Shown: positions 38,321 to 51,376, counted from the first letter of the whole stretch. The stretch: 63,933 nucleotides of DNA, filler included, from Octopus bimaculoides (GCF_001194135.2; 8 parts of 8 records of this genome joined end to end with filler, not necessarily neighbours in it); one strand, 5' to 3'. Numbers and translations are program-made. Notes: generated by a model not told the origin, from the sequence alone.

Positions 38321-38774
38321 CAAAGTTTATTTTATTGTATTGGCAGGCTTATTTGTGTACTGTAGTTGATGGGTTCTAAATAAGCCTAATTTCAAATATA
38401 GAAGTGAGGAAAACTACCACAGACGTACATCTAATACTACAAAAAAATGCGACCTCAAAATCCCAGACACGGGGACCGACACCATGGAAGAAGGAAAGGC
38501 CCAAATATTAACAACTGCACAACACATAATAATGCTCAAAGCAACAGGAATTCCAGGACTACTCTATGGTACAATACTGCATTCGGGAAACAAATAATTT
38601 CCAACATACAAAAATGCCAAAACCTTTAAGGAATTTAACACACGTACTAGGTAACTGAATATCCCACCCACAAATGGGTGAGTAAGAAAAAATAGAAGCC
38701 CGTGTCCAGAACTCCACAACTACATAGCCTTATTCTTAACTCACCTCGTGTATATTCCTTTTTCTTTTCCTTAC

Positions 38775-39440
38775 CCAGCATAATAAATACCACAGCCACG
38801 AAATCTCTGAATAACTGAGAACTAATTGGCAAGCTCTTTTTGGCAGAGCTTGATAATGATCATGCAGTTTCAGTTAAAGAATTGCCAAGTAAGCTTCGTT
38901 CAAGCCATACAAGTGTTCGCCGCCATCTTCAGCAGCTTGGAGATGTCTCAAAACTGGGGAAATGGGTGCCTCATGATTTGTCTGATGCCAACCGCAAATC
39001 CCAACATCAACATCTGTTGTTTTCGTTCCCGTGAACTTATTTCGCCCTTTTTGGACAGACTGGTGACCAGTGATTAAAAATAGATCTTTTATCAAAATGT
39101 TAAGCGTTGAAGACATTGGCTTGGTAAGGGGGAAAGGCCCAACCACAACCGAAAAGGGAACTCCATGCGAAGGAGGCTCTTCTCTCTGTTTGGTGGAATT
39201 GCCAAGGAATCATCCACTTTGAGCTGTTACCAACTAATGCAACAATCAATGCTCAAATCTACTATCACCAATTAGAACGTTTGAGCGCTGTTTGAAGAAA
39301 AAAAGGCCTGCTTTAATTAATTTAAAGAGAATGGTCTTTTATGAGGACAGTGCAAGACTCCACACTACAAAGATCACGTCATAGAAGATCGTGGAACTTA
39401 GCTGGGAGAAATTGCTCATCTCCTTTATTTCTCAGATCTA
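38775..39440 (+). mobile_element. Mariner transposase pseudogene
   Basis: LGKWVPHDLS, DRLVTSD*, VWWNCQGIIHFELL and a decayed HDNARPH/YSPDL region. Confidence 0.9.
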
Positions 39441-40330
39441 AAAAGTAGAATATTCTAAATGGGCAGCATCAACTGTGTACATTAAGAAAAAGAATAATAA
39501 AATCAGAGTGTGCGCTGATTTTTCCATTGGGTTAAATGAATGTCTGAAAACGTGCCACTGTCCGCTAACTACATCGGAGGATATTTTTGCGAAATTGAAC
39601 GGTGGAAAGATATTTTTTACTATAGATCTCTCTGACGCATACCTACAAATTAGAGTAGACGATGAATGCTCGAAATACCTAACATTCAACACACATAAGG
39701 GATTGTATAAATATAACAGGTTATCATTTGACTTAAAGTTCCACCAGCAATTTTTTCAACAGATTATTGATTCAGTGTTAGCGGACTGTGAATTCGCCAT
39801 TCCATGTCTGGGTAATATACTCATTAAAAACTAATCTAGAACTCAACACGTCAAGCTCGTAAAATATTTGAAAAAATTAAGGATTACGGTTTTACTTTGA
39901 GTGAAGAAAAATGTGAATTTCTCTTCTCAGAAATAAGATATTTAAGACGGCGATCTGGCAGAAACGTTAGCACACCGGGCGAAATGCTTAGCGGTATTTT
40001 GTCTGTCTTNNNNNNNNNNATTCAGTGTTAGCGGACTGTGAATTCGCCATTCCATGTCTGGGTAATATACTCATTAAAAACTAATCTAGAACTCAACACG
40101 TCAAGCTCGTAAAATATTTGAAAAAATTAAGGATTACGGTTTTACTTTGAGTGAAGAAAAATGTGAATTTCTCTTCTCAGAAATAAGATATTTAGGACAA
40201 ATTATTGACAGAAATGGACGGAGACCTGACCCGTCGAGGGCAGGCGCAATTAAAAATATGCCTCCACCGACTTTACAAGCATTTCTAGGACTGGCAAATT
40301 ATATCCGAGATATGTATAAGGTCATAAGCG
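39437..40330 (+). mobile_element. Ty3/Gypsy reverse transcriptase relic, with a 175-bp duplication
   Basis: KIRVCADFSIGLN, IFAKLNGGKIFFTIDLSDAYLQI, NTHKGLYKYNRL, EKCEFLFSEIRYLGQIID and LQAFLGLANY; catalytic motif decayed to CLGN. Confidence 0.9.
39945..40009 (+). mobile_element. SINE family B head inserted in the Gypsy relic, truncated by gap
   Basis: agacggcgatctggcagaaacgttagcacaccgggcgaaatgcttagcggtattt. Confidence 0.85.
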
Positions 40331-40334
40331 CAAA

Positions 40335-41099
40335 AAGTAAATAAATAAGAAATTTTTACGGGAATTAACGAAGTGCGCGGGTTTAACCGAAAGAATTCAT
40401 ATATTTTTTTGAACGCCTCATGTTGAATTGCAAAATTTTAATGTGATATTTGTGTAATAACGAAATCAAACCTGGAGTGTGTGTGCGTGCGTTTATATGA
40501 CAGAGACACAGTATGTGTGTGTGTGAGAGAGAGAGAAAGCGGAGGAGAGAGAGAGAAAGCGGAGGAGAGAGAGAAAGCAGAGGAGAGAGAGAGCACTGCA
40601 AACAATGAATGAAATAAACATGAAATGAAAAAGTCGTATTAATCTTGTACCGAATATTTAAATTTGTGAACTTGAAATATTCAATAATAAAAGGAAGTTC
40701 AGAAAGTAAATTTTCATGAAAACTTCGATTTATAAAAAAATCTCACTTGCTGAGTAAATATTTCTTTCAGTGATTTATCGTAGTTGCTTGCAGATAGCAA
40801 ATTAAAACTTGAAATGCAAACATTAAAATAGAGAATGAGCGGTTTCGCAAGTGAGAACTGAAAATTCCGTCTGCAACGGTTGCTATGTCAATACCTGAAG
40901 TTGTCATTGAAAAACCTTTCAAAAGAAATGAATATAAAGCAATATTATTTATTTTTAATAAAAAAAAATAATAAATTGAAAAAATCTAGTTATGATTATC
41001 CGAGGTCAAATTATTCATGCATCTCAAGTATGGAACAAATTCGCGCAGTCGTTTTCGCGTGAAAAGCGGACGCACACACACAGGGCTATTTTATATATA
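40335..41099 (-). mobile_element. Probable Helitron-like non-autonomous element with internal GA-rich tandem units
   Basis: The right end ...cacacacacagggctattttatatata resembles the end of the neighbouring Helitron; no clear CTAG 3' end. Confidence 0.4.
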
Positions 41100-41100
41100 A

Positions 41101-41795
41101 CTAGCAATAAAACCCGTCGTTGATCGGGTAATTACTTTTACTGTTTATCGGGAGCCACATTGAATGTATTATTATATGTATAATTTACTCCCACTGTATG
41201 TGAGCATTTTTAGAAGAGAAAACTATGTAATAATTGAAGCAGAAGAAAAATCAATATCTTACATGAACTTGTGTTTGTTTATGAAATGATAATAATAAAT
41301 GAGTTGTATATGTTATTCTATTTATCTAACATTTTGTTGATGTTCGGTTTCAGATGCACGTCGAGATTTCTTTCTCTGTCGCTAACCTGCAAGCTGTGCG
41401 CGTGTCTCATCGTCGTTTTTTGATGCACATCGTGTGTTTGTTTGACGTTCGTTTTGTGACGGTCTTTTTTTATGAGACATTTTTTTTGATAATAAATATT
41501 AGTAAATAATAGTGAAATATCGGACGCTATGTTACAGTAATGCAAGCAAAATAGGTATATCATATAGAAGAATAGCTTAAGGGAATGAGAAATGCTTTTG
41601 ATAAGTTGTAGTGAAATGAAAGTACAAATGATGTGTGAATATCAGTAAGTAATATTGAAATGAATTTACAAATGCTGAATGTTGTCAGTGTTTTTGTTGA
41701 TTGGGATTGTTTAATCGAAGAAATTTGGAACTGTGTAAACGTATTAATTTTAAACATACACACACACAGAGAAAATTTGCCTTTTATAGTATAGA
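41101..41795 (-). mobile_element. Non-autonomous Helitron, 695 bp, both termini recognisable
   Basis: Minus strand A|TCTATACTATAAAAG...ACCCG-n8-CGGGT hairpin, then tttattg-CTAG|T. This gives the TC start, CTRR end, subterminal hairpin and AT target. Confidence 0.75.
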
Positions 41796-42074
41796 TATGT
41801 CCTGTTTTCCCTTTTTTTCTCGTTGTTGACGTATTTAACTCGTTTGTTTACGGATTTCATGTTATTTGCACCGCTAGTGACGTCCTGTATCCATATATGG
41901 CATAGTGAATTGCGTCATGTTGCTTTTTTCTCACAGACGGTCCCCAACTGGCCCTGCTATGCTGTGTAGTCGACGAAATAAAAATCAAACAATGCGCATG
42001 CGTGAAATCAAAAATATAGAATGAGAACAGTTTACCCATCGCACACTGTATATACATTTAGGCCACCACGTAGG

Positions 42075-42110
<36 letters not shown>

Positions 42111-42439
42111 GAAATAATGAGGGTAGAAATCAATATTANNNNNNNNNNNNNNNNNNNNNNNNNNNNNNNNNNNNNNNNNNNNNNNNNNNNNNNNNNNNNN
42201 NNNNNNNNNNNNNNNNNNNNNNNNNNNNNNNNNNNNNNNNNNNNNNNNNNNNNNNNNNNNNNNNNNNNNNNNNNNNNNNNNNNNNNNNNNNNNNNNNNNN
42301 NNNNNNNNNNNNNNNNNNNNNNNNNNNNNNNNNNNNNNNNNNNNNNNNNNNNNNNNNNNNNNNNNNNNNNNNNNNNNNNNNNNNNNNNNNNNNTATATAT
42401 ATATATATACATACATACATACATACATATATATATATG

Positions 42440-42476
<37 letters not shown>

Positions 42477-42959
42477 CGATGAAAGATGATCAATGCATGA
42501 AGTTTTAAGGAAATGTTTATTTTTACCGTTGCATTATACAATACCTTGCCTCGACGGGCAAGTGATAAAATTCTAGAGCGTGCGAAATAAAAAAGTTTAT
42601 TTCGGCCTGTGCGTTCGTATTGTAGTAGTAAACCATAGAGAGAGATATGGTAATGTGGAGAGAAGACAAAGTGAGTTAGTGAAAGTGACAGTGTAGGGAG
42701 TTGGGTCTCATAGCTGCTGACTGTAAATTTCATTTCTCCATTTGACCATTGTCTTTAGTAGCTGCCTGGGTTTGGATCATGATTCTAGCGTCTGCTCCCT
42801 AACTGATGGTAGTTGTCTCTGACTCGAGTTTGTCATTCATTGACTAACAGATTGAGTTGTCACGAGCCGACTAACTCAGTTATCACCAAGTCACTAATTG
42901 ATTTTTGCTTGGGGTTCTTGCTTTTACAACTATTCAGAATGATAGACTATCGTTGAGAA

Positions 42960-44560
42960 CAATGGACTTCGTTGGTGGTACTGTGATATCTCTATTCTAG
43001 CTTTTGGTGAAATAGAAGAAGTTAGAAAGGGTAAAGTGGTGAAGACATTATTTCGACCTATTTAAGGCAATCTGGCAAATGTAAAACTGCTGTCACAGAA
43101 AAACCATTGTTCCACCGTTCAACAGAAAAGTTCTATTGAAGTGTTAATTTAAATTTGGCTATGGTGGACGGGGTAATATCTAGTCTTCCGCTTATCAAAT
43201 ATTTGTAAGGAATTGAAGGTTTACAATTCGAGTTATTTGCTTACTACGTCACCAGTATTGAGACAATGGAGAAAGTGCTAATTACGCACTACGTCATAAT
43301 ATTTAGTTGCCCTTTAAATTCTTGGTGAGGGAGCCACGTGTATGATTAAACATGTAAGTGTTAATACTTGTAGTTTTAATACTTGTAGTTTTATTGTCTT
43401 TTAAACAGTTTAATTAGCTTTAAACATAGCAAGGTTTATAATATTAGTTTATTACAAGTACATTTATTAGTTCCTACTTAATGAGATTTAAGTGTATATT
43501 AGTGACTAGTAATTTTATATTATAACTTGTAGTGGTGTTATATTAATAAGTATTAAATTTTGAATGATAAAATAATGTATTTCACTCATAAAAACATTAA
43601 TTTAATTAATTTTAATCGTGTTTTGTTTTGGAAATTTTTTTATAAGGTTTGAACTTTCATTATAGTAGCATCTATGGAAGACCGGTGGGATTATTATTTA
43701 TATAGACTTAAAGATGGATCTCAATTTAGCATATAATTTAGTTATTGCAGTTTACTGTGGAGGTGCAATGGCCCAGTGGTTAGGGCAGCGGACTCGCGGT
43801 CATATGATCGCGGTTTCGATTCCCAGACCGGGCGTTGTGAGTGTTTATTGAGCGAAAACACTTAAAGCTCCACGAGGCTCTGGCAGGGGATGGTGGCGAA
43901 CCCTTCTGTACTCTTTCACCACAACTTTCTCTCACTCTTACTTCCTGTTTCTGTTGTGCCTGTAATTCAAAGGGTCATCCTTGTCACACTGTGTCACGCT
44001 GAATATCCCCGAGAACTACGTTAAGGGTACACGTGTCTGTGGAGTGCTCAGCCACTTGCACGTTAATTTCACGAGCAGGATGTTCCGTTGCTCGGATCAA
44101 CTGGAACCCTCGACGTCGTAAGCGACGGAGTGCCAACAACAATAACATTGCAGTTTATTATTAATACCGATACAATGTACATTGGTTTAAATGTCTCTTG
44201 TTGTAGTTTTAGTAAAGTTAGTGTTTAATCCTGTCTATATATTGATTGATTAAAATAATGTGGTTATTAAGCTTTTACTTTTATATTACACTGTGGAAGA
44301 CGGTAGGGATTATAATTTTGTATGACTTAATAGAGTTGTTGCTGTTTAGTTACGTATGGGGTAATTGTGTTTGAAAGTTGTGGTTTCTTTGGTTTCTTTG
44401 TTCCCAAACAATACTCATTTTAGTGGTGTTGACACAGTGGTGTTGAATGGTACTACCCAGGTGCCGAAACCATAATGATATCCGTGGGGCAGCTGATGAT
44501 GGGAGGTATGTTGGATTGTTGGTATGGCTGTGGAATAGTGTTATAACATCCTTTTGATAT
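42960..44560 (-). mobile_element. Unclassified degenerate coding repeat, copy 3, interrupted by a family D SINE
   Basis: Collinear with 25500-25990 on both sides of the SINE; peptide HHQLPHGYHYGFGTWVVPFNTTVSTPLK. Confidence 0.55.
43758..44145 (+). mobile_element. SINE family D, full length, tRNA-derived, with target-site duplication
   Basis: A-box TGGCCCAGTGG, B-box GGTTTCGATTCCC, (CAA)n tail; ATTGCAGTTTA duplicated at 43744 and 44147. Confidence 0.9.
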
Positions 44561-44589
44561 ATATATGTATATATATATATATATATATA

Positions 44590-44689
44590 NNNNNNNNNNN
44601 NNNNNNNNNNNNNNNNNNNNNNNNNNNNNNNNNTTAATTAATTAANNNNNNNNNNNNNNNNNNNNNNNNNNNNNNNNNNNNNNNNNNNN
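44590..44689. other. Artificial contig linker
   Basis: 44N-TTAATTAATTAA-44N. Confidence 0.95.
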
Positions 44690-45035
44690 TCATCATCGTT
44701 TAACGTCCGCTTTCCATGCTAGCATGGGTTGGACGATTTGACTGAGGACTGGTGAACCAGATGGCTACACCAGGCTCCAATCTGATCTGGCAGAGTTTCT
44801 ACAGCTGGATGCCCTTCCTAACGCCAACCACTCAGAGAGTGTAGTGGGTGCTTTTACGTGCCACCGGCATGAAGGCCAGTCAGGCAGTACTGGCAACGGC
44901 CACGCTCAAAATGGTGTATTTTATGTGTCACCCACACAAGAGCCAGTCCAGGGGCACTGGCAACGATCTCGTTTGAAAGTCCTTACACATGCCACGGGCA
45001 CAAGTGCCAGAAAGGCGACGCTGGGTACAGGTGCC
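44690..45035 (-). mobile_element. Retroposon family C with RTE-type 3' tail
   Basis: Minus strand GGTTGGCGTTAGGAAGGGCATCCAGCTG...ATGGAAAGCGGACGTTAAACGATGATG; internal gtgccac...gccag subrepeats. Confidence 0.8.
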
Positions 45036-45159
45036 ATAACAGAAATAATAAGTAAATTAAGCTTACAGGCAGAAAAAGATGTCATGGTCCAGTTATACTA
45101 ATGACCTGGTGTTAGAACTCAATACACATGCTTCAGAATAAAATGTTAGCTGAGTACAG

Positions 45160-45450
45160 GACATCATCATTGTTTAACTCTGCTTTCCATGCTAGCATGG
45201 GTTGGACGATTTGACTGAGGACTGGTGAACCAGATGGCTACACCAGGCTCAAATCTGATCTGGCAGTGTTTCCACAGCTGGATACCCTTCCTAACGCCAA
45301 CCACACCGAGAGTGTAGTGGGTGATTTTTATGTGCCACCGGCACAGGAGCCAGACCGGGCGAGGGGGCTGGCATCGACTGACACATGAATGGTGCTTGTT
45401 GTGTGCCACCAGCATGGGAGCCAGTCAGACAGCACTGACATCAGCCACAA
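45160..45450 (-). mobile_element. Retroposon family C, copy 2
   Basis: Same sequence as 44690-45035. Confidence 0.85.
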
Positions 45451-45784
45451 CTACAATATCCATTTGATTGTGGTTTGATTTGATTATAATATGAAATTAA
45501 ATAGATAACAAAGGACCAGGAAAATCTGCACTGAACTCCATTAGCTTAATGCTGTTTCTGCTGTAAGATGCAGTACAGCCAGAGCTGAGTGCTTGTGCAT
45601 CACTTTACAGCTTCCTCAGAGCATATGATGAACTTCTTTCAGCTTCCGTCTACCAAATCCACTTACAAGGTTTCGGTCACCCTGGGGCTATAGTAGAAGA
45701 CACTTGCCCAAGGTGCCAGCTCTGTCTACAAACCGATTGGCTGAATCAATGCACAACAACACAACTACAACAACAGCTAATGCA

Positions 45785-46050
45785 ACTGTTGTTGTTGTTG
45801 ACACTCCGTCGCTTACAACGTCGAGGGTTCCAGTTGATCCGATCAACAGAACAGCCTGCTCGTGAAACTAACGTGCAAATGGCTGAGCACTCCACAGACA
45901 CGTGTACCCTTAACGTAGTTCTCGGGGATATTCAGCGTGACACAGAGTGTGACAAGGCTGACCCTTTGAATTACAGGCACAACAGAAACAGGAAGTAAGA
46001 GTGAGAGAAAGTTGTGGTGGAAGAGTACAGCAGGGCCATTGCACCTCCAC
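45785..46050 (-). mobile_element. SINE family D with internal deletion
   Basis: Reverse complement of the 43758-44145 body; head GGAGGTGCAATGGCCC is joined directly to TGCTGTACTC. Confidence 0.9.
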
Positions 46051-46064
46051 GCTAATGTAACTAC

Positions 46065-46262
46065 AACAATAACGTCCGCTTTCCATGCTAGCATGGGTTG
46101 GACGATTTGACTGAGGACTGGTGAACTAGATGTCTACACCAGGCTCCAATCTGATTTGGCAGAGTTTCTACAGCTGGATGCCCTTCCTAATGCCAACCAC
46201 TCCAAGAGTGTAGTGGGTGCTTTTACGTACCACCGGCTCGAAGGCCAGTCAGGAGGTACTGA
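46065..46262 (-). mobile_element. Retroposon family C, copy 3
   Basis: taacgtccgctttccatgctagcatgggttggacg...ggatgcccttcctaatgccaacc. Confidence 0.85.
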
Positions 46263-46922
46263 TGAATTAGGATGAAGTTGGAAATTGAACTGGTTATATA
46301 GAGTTGGGGTCACGTACGAGTCGAAGAGGGAGAGGAGGAGAGAGAAGTAGTAATGCATAGAGAGAGAGGGGGACAGAGGGAAATAGTGGTGCAGAGAGAG
46401 TGAGGGAGAGAGAGAGATTGAGGGAGAGAGAGAGAGAGAGGTACAGGCAACAGTACATCACGCTGGTTAAATTCCTTCGGTTTTTAGAACAAAGTTGAAA
46501 GAGACAGCAGTGTATAAATTCTGAGATTAAATGCTTAAATCGGTAACATAACTAAATGAGAATTCAATCGTAATTTTTAAAGGGAGGAGAGACAAAATTT
46601 TAGACAGGTTTGGGCNNNNNNNNNNNNNNNNNNNNNNNNNNNNNNNNNNNNNNNNNNNNNNNNNNNNNNNNNNNNNNNNNNNNNNNNNNNNNNNNNNNNN
46701 NNNNNNNNNNNNNNNAGAGGCATGGCGGGAGAAAAGATCATCATCATCATATATATATAAAGAGAAAGAGAGAGGGGGGACCAGTCAAGCAGGAACAATA
46801 CATCATCATCATCATTTAATGTCCATGGCATGGATTGGACAGTTTGACCAAGACTGGTAAGTTGAGGGGCTACATTAATATATGTATGTATGAATATATA
46901 TATATATATATATGTATATATA

Positions 46923-47039
46923 CTAGCAGAAATACCCAGTGTTGCCAGGGTTAAAGAGAATAATGACATTTTAAAATGCCATCTAGATTACGCAGGTCTC
47001 AACTGCTAGTAGCTGAGATACTAACTTTCTACATTAACA
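46923..47039 (-). mobile_element. Helitron 3' end
   Basis: Minus strand accctggcaacactgggt imperfect hairpin, then atttctg-CTAG|T. Confidence 0.55.
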
Positions 47040-47139
47040 NNNNNNNNNNNNNNNNNNNNNNNNNNNNNNNNNNNNNNNNNNNNTTAATTAATTAANNNNN
47101 NNNNNNNNNNNNNNNNNNNNNNNNNNNNNNNNNNNNNNN
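47040..47139. other. Artificial contig linker
   Basis: 44N-TTAATTAATTAA-44N. Confidence 0.95.
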
Positions 47140-47716
47140 GGAATGTTCCCACACTGCTATAGAGAAGCATCTTCACTCGATGGGAAAGGTTCAGAAGTAT
47201 GGATATGGGTTCCGCATGCTTTAAGTGACAACAACAAAAATCAACGAACCACAATCTCTGCTGCTTTGCTCGCTCGTCACCGTTCAACTCATGGACACAA
47301 GCAATGATTTCTTTACCGAATCGTTACTGGCGACGAAAAATGGTGCCTGTACATCAATATGAAGCAGCGTAAGGAATAGCTTAGCCCCGGTAAACAAGCG
47401 ACACCGCGCGTGAAACAAGATCATCCACTTAAACCGATGTTGTGCGTATGGTGAGATTGGGAAGGGATTATCCATTACGAATTGCTTGAACGGAACCAAA
47501 CGGTAAACGCGGAACTCTATTTTCAACAGGTGAAACGACTCAACACGGCTATTCAAGAGAAAAGACCTAATCGACAGCATGGAGTTCTTCTGCTGCACGA
47601 CAACGCCCGCCCTCATATCGCCAATATGATCAAGGAAGCCATTCAAACGTATGGCTGGGAAGTGCTGCCACGCCCGCCGTACTCTCCTGATTTGGCACCA
47701 ACGGATTTCCACCATN
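47140..47716 (+). mobile_element. Mariner transposase pseudogene (DD34D domain)
   Basis: IVTGDEKWCLY, LHDNARPH and PPYSPDLAPTDFH; in-frame stops. Confidence 0.93.
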
Positions 47717-48243
47717 NNNNNNNNNNNNNNNNNNNNNNNNNNNNNNNNNNNNNNNNNNNNNNNNNNNNNNNNNNNNNNNNNNNNNNNNNNNNNNNNNNNN
47801 NNNNNNNNNNNNNNNNNNNNNNNNNNNNNNNNNNNNNNNNNNNNNNNNNNNNNNNNNNNNNNNNNNNNNNNNNNNNNNNNNNNNNNNNNNNNNNNNNNNN
47901 NNNNNNNNNNNNNNNNNNNNNNNNNNNNNNNNNNNNNNNNNNNNNNNNNNNNNNNNNNNNNNNNNNNNNNNNNNNNNNNNNNNNNNNNNNNNNNNNNNNN
48001 NNNNNNNNNNNNNNNNNNNNNNNNNNNNNNNNNNNNNNNNNNNNNNNNNNNNNNNNNNNNNNNNNNNNNNNNNNNNNNNNNNNNNNNNNNNNNNNNNNNN
48101 NNNNNNNNNNNNNNNNNNNNNNNNNNNNNNNNNNNNNNNNNNNNNNNNNNNNNNNNNNNNNNNNNNNNNNNNNNNNNNATATATATATATATCTTTGTAT
48201 ACTTTAAAACATAATGCACGCATACATACACACACATAAACGC

Positions 48244-48297
<54 letters not shown>

Positions 48298-48839
48298 TAC
48301 TGAGCAAATCAAAACTGGTTCTTCGAATATCTTCAATTACAAATCCAAAGAAAAGAAGAGAAAAGAATTAAACATGTAACAAGGTGGATGGGGACCATTG
48401 ACCAACATTGTAAGAATTTATAGGTAAACCCCTGTTAAGTCTTGTAATGATAGCATCACGAAACCAGATATATTGGTGTCATGTCTTATGGTTAAAGGAA
48501 AGAAACTATTTCCCGGTCAGCGACACGGCACTTCCTTAGCAGTGATGGAAAATATATAAGGTAGTTCTGGATGGGTGAGGTGTAAGGGAGGACAGAAAAT
48601 GATAATGATAATAAAAAAAATAATACTAATGCTGTTACTACTACAACTACTAATACTCCACTACCACTGCTGCTGACAACAACAACCACAACAGCAACAA
48701 CAACAACAACAGCAACAACAATAATGAAAATAATGCTATAAATACTAGCGTAAAGTTGTGGTTGAAATTGAAATATTAACAGAAAACGGAGCGGTAATGT
48801 ACGGAGAGAAAGAGTTAATTAGAATGATGTGTGTATGTG

Positions 48840-48877
<38 letters not shown>

Positions 48878-49419
48878 TATGTACTTACAAGTGTTTATAA
48901 GNNNNNNNNNNNNNNNNNNNNNNNNNNNNNNNNNNNNNNNNNNNNNNNNNNNNNNNNNNNNNNNNNNNNNNNNNNNNNNNNNNNNNNNNNNNNNNNNNNN
49001 NNNNNNNNNNNNNNNNNNNNNNNNNNNNNNNNNNNNNNNNNNNNNNNNNNNNNNNNNNNNNNNNNNNNNNNNNNNNNNNNNNNNNNNNNNNNNNNNNNNN
49101 NNNNNNNNNNNNNNNNNNNNNNNNNNNNNNNNNNNNNNNNNNNNNNNNNNNNNNNNNNNNNNNNNNNNNNNNNNNNNNNNNNNNNNNNNNNNNNNNNNNN
49201 NNNNNNNNNNNNNNNNNNNNNNNNNTGTATATATATATATATATATACGCTCACACACACACACACACACACAGAAATATATATATGTATCCATATGTGT
49301 GTGTGATATTTATGCGTATATATGTATGATTATATGTGTGTGTGCGTATGTGTGTGTGCGTGAAAGGAAACATGTTAATGTAGAAAGTGGAAGGTGAGAG
49401 AGAGGGAGAAAACGTGAGA

Positions 49420-49960
49420 GAGAGAGAGAGAGAGAGAGCGAGCTAAACTAACAGAAATAGAGACACAAACCAAAGTGTGTAACTTGGAATCAGTGAGAAA
49501 AAAGGTGAAAAGGACAAAATCAAGCGAAAGAAGGATAATTAATAGATAAAGAAATAAGAAAGGAGAAAAGGAAAAGAGGACATAAAGAAAGGAAGAAAGG
49601 TGTAAAAGAATGAAAAAAGAAATAAACACAAAAAGAAATTACAGAAGAAAAGAGGAAAGAAAAAAAAGACAATGAGTGGGGTGAATGGAAATACAAAAAA
49701 AGAAACTGAGCAAAAGAGAAAAACAGAAAAAATAGGAGAGAATAAAAATATACATTAAAAAAGGGGGGAGCAAAGTAAAAAAGAATATGATTTGGATGAA
49801 TCGAAGGAGCAAAAATAGAAAGGCGTAGAAAATATTCACAAAAAAAGGAGGGGGAAAAAATGAAAGGAGAATGAACGAAAGAGAGGAATGAAGATAGAAA
49901 GAGTGAGTGAAAGAGGTGAAGGAAAGACAGACAGAAACAAAGGAAATGTGTTAGAATCAA
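49420..49960. repeat. GA/purine-rich low-complexity tract
   Basis: Direct reading of the sequence. Confidence 0.85.
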
Positions 49961-50002
49961 TAAGTCTAACGTTTTCTTCGTTGTGTAAATATGGATGTGT
50001 GT

Positions 50003-50046
<44 letters not shown>

Positions 50047-50252
50047 GTTTTTGGTGGGTGGGTGTGTTGTGTGGTGTTTGGGTACGTGTGCGTGCGTGTG
50101 TGCGTGGGCTGAGCATGTATGTAGATCGATATATATATATATATATGTATGTATATTTGTATTCATGTAAATATATACAGGAACACACGCATACACATGC
50201 ACTCATACACATACAAACAAGCACACACACACATGCATACATACATACAAAC

Positions 50253-50285
<33 letters not shown>

Positions 50286-50599
50286 TTTGGTTGTTTACAT
50301 TCTTTAGGCATCACGGCCAAGAACCATGTTGCAACCCTTTCTCCAATATACATACACACACACACATGCATACATACATACATACATACAAACATATGTG
50401 CATACATATGTACACACACTCACGCGTACACATTCTCACNNNNNNNNNNNNNNNNNNNNNNNNNNNNNNNNNNNNATATATATATATATATATACATGTG
50501 TGTATATCGAGTTGTGTTTGTGTGCATGTGTTTGCATCAATATCTGTATACATGTATCTTCTCAGATAAACGTATGGTGTATGTATGTATCTCTCTCTC

Positions 50600-50661
<62 letters not shown>

Positions 50662-50684
50662 TATANNNNNNNNNNNNNNNNNNN

Positions 50685-50722
<38 letters not shown>

Positions 50723-51083
50723 GAATATGTATCAATTCGTCCATAATATATAATAAACACACACACACATGCACACACACACACACACTCACACATACAC
50801 ACACTCACACACACACACTCACACACACAAAGGCATGAATATATCTACTCTCACACAAACATTTCAATATGCCTGAAATCGCCACAGGACAATTTCTAGT
50901 CCGCGTAGCCTACTTCTGATTCGGCACGAATGACATAGAATAACCGTAAATGTCTTCTTGAGGAAAAAGAAGATGGGAGGCTAGTAGAATGGAGGGTGGG
51001 GTGGGGTGGAAGGAGATTGGTTTCAGAAGCGGGGGAGGAGTAAGAGGGTGAGCGAAATTGGAAAAGAGACAAAAGGAAATGGC

Positions 51084-51115
<32 letters not shown>

Positions 51116-51277
51116 GTATGCATTTAGGTATGTATGTATGTATGTATGTATGTATGTATAGGAATATATATGTATAGNNNNNNNNNNNNNNNNNNNNNNN
51201 NNNNNNNNNNNNNNNNNNNNNNNNNNNNNNNNNNNNNNNNNNNNNNNNNNNNNNNNNNNNNNNNNNNNNNNNNNNNN

Positions 51278-51309
<32 letters not shown>

Positions 51310-51376
51310 CTTATATCTTTATGTATGTAAGCATTATATACATAACTATTAATACATAAACAGATATGTCTATCGT

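Noticed and set aside
43758-43835. SINE heads (families A, B, D) as tRNA genes
   Set aside because: A and B boxes are present, but there is no full cloverleaf and each head continues into a multicopy SINE body.
44460-44500. GAAAC...CTGATGA as a type II hammerhead (also near 25900)
   Set aside because: Stems I and III do not pair; the conservation is better explained by the peptide on the opposite strand.
43758-46050. Inverted pair of family D SINEs as a dsRNA-forming locus
   Set aside because: The copies are separated by an artificial linker and are not known to be adjacent.
49520-50419. 299-aa hydrophobic ORF
   Set aside because: It is the reverse complement of a GA-rich low-complexity tract plus microsatellites.
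50994-51012. G-quadruplex-like GGGTGGGGTGGGGTGG
   Set aside because: Only three full G-tracts in low-complexity sequence, with no functional context.
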